This document shows, one piece after another, positions 26,439 through 32,426 of a DNA stretch of 32,426 bases. A program made the translations under genes and the position numbers. The notes below the pieces were generated by a model, which had not been told where the DNA came from, did no database searches, and saw only the letters and a program-made list of their open reading frames with translations. The stretch comes from an uncultured Eubacteriales bacterium. Its GTDB lineage: Bacteria; Bacillota; Sulfobacillia; Fermentithermobacillales; Fermentithermobacillaceae. Where the stretch lies: assembly GCA_964414105.1 (NCBI GenBank), contig CAYPVF010000005.1, forward strand, positions 1-32,426, written 5' to 3'. Every line of letters begins with the position of its first letter. Within the stretch, counting starts at the first letter, position 1.

Positions 26439-27443
26439 TTACCACGAGGACAGAGGTAGGTTGGAAATGGCATTAAGACTTGGCCCGTGGGATAGTCCGG
26501 CCATAAGATGGCGATACCCCGCTGCCGCTATCATAGCCCCATTATCGGTGCAAAACCGCTTGTCCGGTATAAACAAGGGTATCTTTAGCCTTTGACACAA
26601 AACCGCGGCCTCTTCTCTCAAAAGCGAGTTGGAAGCGACGCCGCCAGAAATGGCCAACGCTTTGGCCTTAGTCTCCAAAATCAACGGTTCAATGTGGTAT
26701 AGGAGTTCCCTCACAACAGCTTGTCTGAAACTCGCCGAGATGTCGGCCACGCATTGAGGGCTTTTCTCACAGGCTTCGAAATGCTGGAGCGCCCTTGTTT
26801 TTAACCCGCTGAAACTGTAATCATACAAATTGCCTTTAAGCTTGGGATGGGGAAAATCGAACCTTTTTGGATCACCCTGTTCAGCTTTTTCGTCAAGATG
26901 GGGTCCGCCGGGAAAAGGTAGCCCTATTTCCCTGGCAACTTTGTCGAAAGCCTCCCCCGCGGCATCGTCCCGGGTCTGGCCAATAATCTCGTGAGAACCG
27001 AATCGCTTCATCAATATGACATCGGAGTGACCGCCGGATACCACCAAATTTAGCAGAGGAAATTGTGGTTCGTTATCGCCCAGGAAGTTGGCCATTATGT
27101 GACCCTCCAGATGCTGAACCCCCACAAGAGGGATTCTCAGACCCGCGGCAAGACTTTTCCCGAAACACACGCCCACCAATAACGAGCCCAAAAGGCCAGG
27201 GCCATTTGTCACCGCCACACCCTGAATATCTTGTTTCCAAACCCCGGCTTCGCCAAGGGCGGCTTCTAAAACAGGTACCATCATTTCCAAATGCCTTCTG
27301 GAGGCTATCTCGGGCACCACCCCGCCGTATTCTTGGTGAAACTTTGTTTGGGAAGAAACGATATTGGACAAAACCCTGCGCCCGTTAAAAACCAAGGCAC
27401 AAGATGTATCATCACAAGAAGTATCTATACCCAGCACTAACAT
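26439..27443 (-). CDS. tsaD: tRNA N6-adenosine threonylcarbamoyltransferase TsaD
   Basis: Kae1/TsaD motifs VLGIDTSCDDTS, HLEGH, VVSGGHS and ISGGVASN. The second ATG (27443) follows GGCGGTGA; the track start is 27470. Confidence 0.9.
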   Translation of the reverse strand: MLVLGIDTSCDDTSCALVFNGRRVLSNIVSSQTKFHQEYGGVVPEIASRRHLEMMVPVLEAALGEAGVWKQDIQGVAVTNGPGLLGSLLVGVCFGKSLAAGLRIPLVGVQHLEGHIMANFLGDNEPQFPLLNLVVSGGHSDVILMKRFGSHEIIGQTRDDAAGEAFDKVAREIGLPFPGGPHLDEKAEQGDPKRFDFPHPKLKGNLYDYSFSGLKTRALQHFEACEKSPQCVADISASFRQAVVRELLYHIEPLILETKAKALAISGGVASNSLLREEAAVLCQRLKIPLFIPDKRFCTDNGAMIAAAGYRHLMAGLSHGPSLNAISNLPLSSW

Positions 27444-27561
27444 GAGTTCACCGCCTAAAAAATCATTCATGTCCCTTTTTCGTTTTTAAAGTACCTATTA
27501 CTCCTCGTAGACATCCTATAAGATTATGAAAGACTATCAAAAGAAAATCGGAGGTGCATCG

Positions 27562-28482
27562 ATGCATTTTTCGGACAGGTTATATGAACGTATCGGCGCG
27601 GTAAATTCCCGCTTGGTTATTGGCATCGATCCTGACCCGGAACGCATTTTCGAAAACAATTCTTTGTTCACAAAAGCATTCCCCCACAAAACCCAGGAAG
27701 AAGTTCTGGACATATTTTGTCGCATAGCCGTGGAAGCGGCTGAAACCACGGCTTGCGCCATAAAACCTCAAATTGCTTTTTTTGAAAGCTTCGGACTTTT
27801 GGGGTTATCGGCTTTGCAGAAATGCATCAAAACCGCCAAAGATAGGCGCATCCCCGTTATACTTGACGCCAAAAGAGGCGACATAGGTAACACAGCCAAA
27901 GCTTACGCCAAAGCTTATCTCGACCCAAAATCAGAACTGTTCTGTGACGCCCTTACCGTAAACCCGTATTTGGGACCTGATGCTCTGGAACCTTTCATAG
28001 ATGCGGCGAACCGCAATGGCTGCGGTTTGTTCGTGTTGGTCAAAACTTCAAACCCCGGTTCGGTGGAGTTCCAAGATGCTGAGCTTGCCCAGGGTCAAAC
28101 CTTGTACGCCAAAGTAGCTGAAAAAGTAAACCATTTGGGAAGCGGTAATCTTGGCGATTGCGGCTATTCCAACATCGGTTCGGTATGCGGCGTAACTTAC
28201 CCCAAAGAGCTTTCTCTTCTCAGAAGGCTTATGCCCACCTCAATTTTCCTGTTACCAGGCTATGGAGCGCAAGGCGGAACGGCCGACGATACGATAAATG
28301 CCTTCCACCCCGGTGGAATGGGGGCGGTGGTATCGGCGTCCCGCAGCATAATCTTCGCCTACGAGTCCTTGGAACATCCATCTCCCAAGCATGACGACAT
28401 ATTTACGTCGGTCTTGGAAGCCGCGAAAAAAGCCAAAGAAGACATCCAAACCGCGGCAAATTCTAAACGCCCATCCATTTGA
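27562..28482 (+). CDS. pyrF: Orotidine 5'-phosphate decarboxylase, long (type 2) form
   Basis: LVIGIDPDP, ILDAKRGDIGNTAKAY and LPGYGAQGG motifs. ATG at 27562 lies 7 nt after GGAGGTG; the track start is 27526. It is the only plus-strand gene in this block. Confidence 0.85.
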   Translation: MHFSDRLYERIGAVNSRLVIGIDPDPERIFENNSLFTKAFPHKTQEEVLDIFCRIAVEAAETTACAIKPQIAFFESFGLLGLSALQKCIKTAKDRRIPVILDAKRGDIGNTAKAYAKAYLDPKSELFCDALTVNPYLGPDALEPFIDAANRNGCGLFVLVKTSNPGSVEFQDAELAQGQTLYAKVAEKVNHLGSGNLGDCGYSNIGSVCGVTYPKELSLLRRLMPTSIFLLPGYGAQGGTADDTINAFHPGGMGAVVSASRSIIFAYESLEHPSPKHDDIFTSVLEAAKKAKEDIQTAANSKRPSI

Positions 28483-28963
28483 CCTGTTCGGCCCTGGGTT
28501 TCCCCGGGGCTAGGTTGTCTTTCCACATAACGATGGCGTCTTCGTGTGTGTCTGTGTAATAACCCTTCCTTATGCCGCGGTCTTGAAAGCCAAGACTACG
28601 GTACAGGTGTATGGCACTGGCATTGGACACTCGCACTTCCAGAGTCATTTTGGTGGAGCCGAGCTCCCGGGCGCGTTGAAACATGTTCTCAAGCACAAAC
28701 CTGCCGACACCGCGATTTTGATAATCGGGATGGATGGCGATGTTTGTAATATGGGATTCCTCTAAAATGACCCACATCCCCACGTAACCAATAATGGTGT
28801 CATTAGCCCGAACTATATGGTAATAAGCGTAAGCATTTTCGGTAAGCTCTGATTGAAAGGCACGTCTTGACCAAGGAGTGGGGTACGATAATGCCTCAAT
28901 TTCGAGTACTCTGTCCAGGTGGCACATTTGCATCTTTTCCACAGATATATTTAGCTTTTCCAA
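28463..28963 (-). CDS. rimI: Ribosomal-protein-alanine N-acetyltransferase (GNAT)
   Basis: GNAT acetyl-CoA motif IAIHPDYQNRGVGRFVL, positioned between tsaB and tsaD. The start is uncertain: TTG at 28963 or ATG at 28933. Confidence 0.8.
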   Translation of the reverse strand: MEKLNISVEKMQMCHLDRVLEIEALSYPTPWSRRAFQSELTENAYAYYHIVRANDTIIGYVGMWVILEESHITNIAIHPDYQNRGVGRFVLENMFQRARELGSTKMTLEVRVSNASAIHLYRSLGFQDRGIRKGYYTDTHEDAIVMWKDNLAPGKPRAEQVKWMGV

Positions 28964-29715
28964 ATTGTTTCACCCATCCTTTTCCGTGCCTCCGCCTGCG
29001 ACTTTCTGACATAATCGGGTATCGCCTCTTGAGCCGAAGCAAAAAACCCCCGCTGATACATATGATCGCCGATCAATCCCAGCACACCTGCCTTGGGGTG
29101 AATCCAGTAATAATCTAAAAGGGCCAATCGGGCGGAAAGATCATCCAAACTCTGTTCTGACTTTGCGACCTTTATTAACGCCTCCGCCCCATCACCGGTA
29201 ACAAATATTGGATCTTTACAGATTCCGCGCAGATCCCCAAGAAACGAAGCGGCGTCATAAGGACCTGCAGGCACCGCTTCCGTAAACCCGCAGTAGCCCC
29301 AAAAATCGTCGTTTTTCGCGCCCGGTTTGTTTTGATAAAACCCGAACACGGCTTGGGCTTTTGCTTTGCCTGAAGCGATGACTACGTTTGCAGCGTGCCT
29401 TGCCTGATATAGGTACACATAAAAGGAAGGAACCATAACAACGGGAATGTCCCACGAATAGGCCAGCCCTTGAGCAGTTGCAGCCCCTATTCTGAGCCCG
29501 GTGAATGAACCTGGTCCCCCGGACACGGCAATACAGTTGATGTCGCCGGGACCTATCCCGGTTACATCAATGGCATCCATACATGTAGGCAAAAGCATAG
29601 ATGAATGTGCTTTTGGTTTCTCCAAGCTTACCTCGTACAACACTTTTCCCCGGGAGATTATGGAGACACCCAAAAGTGAGGTGCTCGTTTCAAGAGCCAA
29701 AACCGTCGACGACAT
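28951..29715 (-). CDS. tsaB: tRNA threonylcarbamoyladenosine biosynthesis protein TsaB
   Basis: 254 aa of the YeaZ type (VLALETSTSLLGVSI, AVSGGPGSFTGLRIG). ATG start at 29715. Confidence 0.85.
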   Translation of the reverse strand: MSSTVLALETSTSLLGVSIISRGKVLYEVSLEKPKAHSSMLLPTCMDAIDVTGIGPGDINCIAVSGGPGSFTGLRIGAATAQGLAYSWDIPVVMVPSFYVYLYQARHAANVVIASGKAKAQAVFGFYQNKPGAKNDDFWGYCGFTEAVPAGPYDAASFLGDLRGICKDPIFVTGDGAEALIKVAKSEQSLDDLSARLALLDYYWIHPKAGVLGLIGDHMYQRGFFASAQEAIPDYVRKSQAEARKRMGETIWKS

Positions 29716-30169
29716 CCTGAACCTTCCCTTGCCACTGACTGTGAGGCGTACTCAACGTTATAAGGCGTTCCTCGGTATCGGCGGCAGAAAACTTTATACT
29801 CGCTACAATCGTCGGAACAAAATACCCGGACACCCGCTCTGCCCATTCCACGGCCATGACAGTGTCTTCTTCGGGGCCTAAGAGTAACCCGGCAGCCTCG
29901 GCTTCCTGGAAAGTTAGCCTGTATAAATCCAGGTGCCTCAGGATAAGCCTGCCGCGGTGAATTCTTTCCAACACGAAACTGGGGCTTTGAACCAAACCTG
30001 TGATCCCTAAACCTTGGGCGAGCCCTTGGACAAATACCGTCTTCCCCGCGCCCAAATGGCCTTCCAAAAGAACTATCTCCCCGCCCGATAGCTTTTCCCC
30101 TACAAGCTTCCCCAATCGCCTGGTATCATCGGCAGACCTTGTGACAAAACTCGCTCGGCAGTCTTTCAA
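29690..30169 (-). CDS. tsaE: tRNA threonylcarbamoyladenosine biosynthesis ATPase TsaE
   Basis: 159 aa with the P-loop LEGHLGAGKTVFVQGLAQGLG and HLDLYRL motif. TTG start overlaps the udg stop (TTGA). Confidence 0.85.
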   Translation of the reverse strand: MKDCRASFVTRSADDTRRLGKLVGEKLSGGEIVLLEGHLGAGKTVFVQGLAQGLGITGLVQSPSFVLERIHRGRLILRHLDLYRLTFQEAEAAGLLLGPEEDTVMAVEWAERVSGYFVPTIVASIKFSAADTEERLITLSTPHSQWQGKVQDVVDGFGS

Positions 30170-30843
30170 CTATCCGTCCACCTAGACTTAAGACTCCTGA
30201 AATCCTCGAGAACAAGCTTCTTTTTATTTGCCTCGTCGCGAAGCACGGCGGCGGGGTGGAAAGTAACAAGGTGGCTAATCCCGTCTTTTTCAAACCACTT
30301 TCCCCTGTCTCTTGTAACGCGTATGGAAGAATCGATCATGGTTTGGCTGGCCAAAGCCCCCAAAAGCACAATAATCTTGGGCTGGATAATGCGAATTTGG
30401 GCCTGAAGATGCGGCAGACAAGCGGCCACTTCAGGAGGCGATGGAAGCCTGTTTCCCGGGGGGCGGCATTTTACAATATTGGTTATAAAAACGTCGTCAC
30501 GGCTAAGCCCCACCAAATGGAAAATAGAATCCAGAAGCTGTCCCGCTCGGCCCACGAAAGGTTTTCCTGTGTTATCCTCGTTCTGCCCGGGACCTTCGCC
30601 CACCATAAGGATGCGGGCGGCGGGGTTCCCGTCGCCAAAAACAACACCTTTTGCCCCTTTGCGGAGTTCGCAATCGCTACATTGTATTACTTGCGCGCGC
30701 AGGCCATCAAGATCGTTTATTCCTTGCCAAGAATCACTTCTGGAAGGTTTCCACGGTTTTTCCTGGGCGTCAAACAACGAGCCCTGCCGCGCTGTAAAAT
30801 CGGCTTCATATGGTTTCGTCAATTTTCTGTTTCTCACCGGCAA
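30166..30843 (-). CDS. udg: Family 4 uracil-DNA glycosylase (Fe-S type)
   Basis: Motifs CSDCELRK, GEGPGQNEDNTGKPFVGRAGQLL and HPAAVLR. There is no ATG near the N-terminus; the start is TTG at 30843 or 30821. Either start overlaps the upstream gene. Confidence 0.85.
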   Translation of the reverse strand: MPVRNRKLTKPYEADFTARQGSLFDAQEKPWKPSRSDSWQGINDLDGLRAQVIQCSDCELRKGAKGVVFGDGNPAARILMVGEGPGQNEDNTGKPFVGRAGQLLDSIFHLVGLSRDDVFITNIVKCRPPGNRLPSPPEVAACLPHLQAQIRIIQPKIIVLLGALASQTMIDSSIRVTRDRGKWFEKDGISHLVTFHPAAVLRDEANKKKLVLEDFRSLKSRWTDS

Positions 30844-31747
30844 TTCTTTGAAGCATCTCCACTTTGCTTTTTATGATCTCTGGATATTGTCTTATGAGCG
30901 AAACATTATCCTCCAAATGCTTTTTGTAGTTCTCAGCTACCGCGTCGTCTAACTTCAGCAATTTCCCGTATATACTTTCACCTAAAGCCGCTGCTTCTTC
31001 GCAATCGGGTTGGCAAGGAAAGAAATCCTTGGTGAAGTAGGAGAACGGATTGTGCACTTCAGGCTCCTCCATGTGGATGAGCTGATTGGCTGCCCTTGAC
31101 TCCGGCGACAAGATTCCGCTTTGGCGGTCGAATACATAACGATCGATACAACAGGCAGGGAACCCCAGGATAGACCCGAGCCTCTTCAAATAAGCCGGGC
31201 TGGCCTCCTCGGGAAACGCCCGCACATGAGCAGCGCCAAGATCGGGCGTGCGAAGCCTTTGGTACCTAATGTCTTTTCGAATTTCTTGAAGCTCATCGAG
31301 CTCTTGGGCAACTGTATCATCGGTGAACAAGTAAATTTCTCTTATGGTTGGGCGGGACTCCAGCTCTTTCTTTTTGAGGCCAAGCTTGTCTATCCACTTC
31401 ATGAAAACCGTGTAAGAATGCGCTTTGGTAACCACATTGTCATAAATGTCCCGCAGCACATCCATTCTGTGCCTAATCTCGGCCATTTGGGACTTCCGCC
31501 AATACTTGCCCATTTTGCCTTTCAAAAACTTGGACATGGATTCGCCCGGTAACCTTCTACCCTGGGTTTTCTGGCGAAATTGTTCATCTATAGTACCGCC
31601 TAAAACTGAAGCGTCAGGCAATTCCGCCGGGGTAATTATTTGAGATGCGCGTCTAACGCCTAAAGCCACCGGCAAATAGTCGTCAAATTTAGCGCGTTCA
31701 GGAATAACTCTTTCATTCATAAACTCAATCAGAAGCGTTTTATCCAT
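30806..31747 (-). CDS. Uncharacterised protein with a CC...CxxxC cysteine motif
   Basis: 313-aa ORF with normal-looking composition. Contains GFPACCIDRY and FFPCQPDCEEA, about 45 aa apart. From memory the GFPxCC-type motif resembles the DUF483 family, but this is unverified. Its 3' end overlaps udg. Confidence 0.6.
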   Translation of the reverse strand: MDKTLLIEFMNERVIPERAKFDDYLPVALGVRRASQIITPAELPDASVLGGTIDEQFRQKTQGRRLPGESMSKFLKGKMGKYWRKSQMAEIRHRMDVLRDIYDNVVTKAHSYTVFMKWIDKLGLKKKELESRPTIREIYLFTDDTVAQELDELQEIRKDIRYQRLRTPDLGAAHVRAFPEEASPAYLKRLGSILGFPACCIDRYVFDRQSGILSPESRAANQLIHMEEPEVHNPFSYFTKDFFPCQPDCEEAAALGESIYGKLLKLDDAVAENYKKHLEDNVSLIRQYPEIIKSKVEMLQRIAGEKQKIDETI

Positions 31748-31918
31748 AACCTACCTGAGCAAACCCTCCTTCAGAACCAACATCCTTTTTACCATTGTTC
31801 TCTATTACAGGTTTCTATCCCTTCCCAATTGGGTCGGGACCACAGTGCTTTGAAACTAGGATACCCCATTTTGTGGCAGTAGCCGTTGAACAAACCACGG
31901 ATTAGAATCCTGCCATGG

Positions 31919-31980
31919 CCGGCGCGGCGTTGATTCTGCTACCGAAATTCTTAGAATTTCTGTAGCCATCGCGACGCCGG
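31919..31980. repeat. Imperfect ~62-nt inverted repeat (long hairpin) in the ORF-free spacer
   Basis: Inner stem: GCTAC-C-GAAATTC (31938-31950), loop TTA, GAATTTC-T-GTAGC (31954-31966). Outer stem: CCGGCG (31919-31924) pairs with CGCCGG (31975-31980), with partial pairing between. No T-tract on either side. Confidence 0.55.
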
Positions 31981-32087
31981 TTCGGAACTAGTTTATACCC
32001 TTTAACCCGATCTAGGGAGGTATTTGCCTCATAAACCACCTCTGCGATTAAGCAATCGTCTAGCTGCTGCACTGCTTTGGTGGCATA

Positions 32088-32426
32088 TTCACCGCCCCGC
32101 CCAACTCACGATGAAAATATCAGCGCAGCAGCTGTCCCGCGCGGGTATCTTCACCGCCCCGCCCGACTCACGATGATAATATCGGCGCTGCAACGGTCGC
32201 ACGCCGGTTTCTTCACCGCTTCGCCCAACTCACGATGAAAATATCAGCGCAGCAACTGTCGCACGCGGGTATCTTCACCGCTTCGCCCCACTCACGATGA
32301 AAATATCAGCATCGCAGCTGTCGCGCGCCGGTATCTTCACCGCTTCGCCCAACTCACGATGAAAATATCAGCATCGCAGCTGTCGCGCGCGGGTATCTTC
32401 ACCGTCCCGCCCAACTCACGATGAAA
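32088..32426. repeat. Tandem direct repeat array with exact 62-bp period, 5 full units plus a 29-nt partial unit cut by the window edge
   Basis: The unit-initial TTCACCG occurs at 32088, 32150, 32212, 32274, 32336 and 32398. Consensus is roughly TTCACCGCYYCGCCCAACTCACGATGAAAATATCAGCRYMGCAGCTGTCGCGCGCGGGTATC. No indels between units. Confidence 0.95.

Noticed and set aside
31922-31969. Short ORFs in the spacer: a 16-aa plus-strand ORF from ATG 31915 (MAGAALILLPKFLEFL) and a 37-aa minus-strand ORF from ATG 31969 (MATEILRISV...)
   Set aside because: Neither has an SD sequence. Both simply run through the two arms of the hairpin, and neither has a recognisable motif.
31860-32040. Known structured RNA gene (tRNA, 6S RNA, tmRNA, RNase P) in the ORF-free spacer
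   Set aside because: - GGTTCGGAAC at about 31979-31988 lacks a T-arm stem or any cloverleaf.
- Pairing does not continue outward from the 31919-31980 hairpin as a 6S-like rod would require.
- I saw no conserved boxes of tmRNA or RNase P.

A novel RNA is still possible; see the findings.
32088-32426. CRISPR array. The 62-bp period matches a typical repeat-plus-spacer length.
   Set aside because: The whole 62-bp unit is conserved at about 84-97%, including the part that would be the spacer. There are no unique spacers, no cas genes in the window, and no recognisable CRISPR repeat termini.
32088-32426. Repetitive protein-coding region
   Set aside because: The period is not divisible by 3, and stop codons occur in every unit on both strands. 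The ORF track reports no ORF here.
1-32426. Mobile element, prophage or defence island
   Set aside because: No integrase, transposase, recombinase, restriction-modification, cas, toxin-antitoxin or phage structural genes are recognisable. Gene content and tight operon packing look like core chromosome, apart from the terminal repeat region.

Overview
Chromosomal, mostly housekeeping segment, probably from an anaerobic Gram-positive (Bacillota/Clostridia-like) organism. That guess rests on gene order, strong GGAGG Shine-Dalgarno sites and frequent GTG/TTG starts with 4-nt stop/start overlaps. All family calls come from motifs read by eye in the ORF translations; no database search was possible.

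Gene content, left to right:
- Minus strand: minD (5' end only), minC, PBP2, mreD, mreC, mreB, radC, maf, a DUF4321-like membrane protein, apbE, rnfB-A-E-D-C (no rnfG), a P-loop::Asp23-like fusion and a TPR protein.
- Plus strand: Rrf2/IscR-like regulator, cysteine desulfurase, IscU, and a 3xSH3b amidase.
- Minus strand again, after a bidirectional terminator: pmbA, tldD, three tandem M42 aminopeptidases, a radical-SAM/PDZ/DUF512 protein, tsaD, (pyrF on the plus strand), rimI, tsaB, tsaE, a family-4 UDG and an uncharacterised Cys-motif protein.

I saw no transposase, integrase, cas genes, rRNA/tRNA genes or recognisable defence genes.

The feature the genes least explain is the right-hand 680 bp, which has no ORF of 60 aa or more. 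It holds a structured spacer with a roughly 62-nt imperfect hairpin, followed by a tandem array with an exact 62-bp period (5 full units plus a partial sixth) that runs off the window edge.

Secondary oddities:
- an rnf operon with no room for rnfG but a linked apbE
- a translationally coupled TPR plus P-loop::Asp23-like pair
- pyrF inserted antisense into the tsa/rimI operon, with overlapping 3' ends
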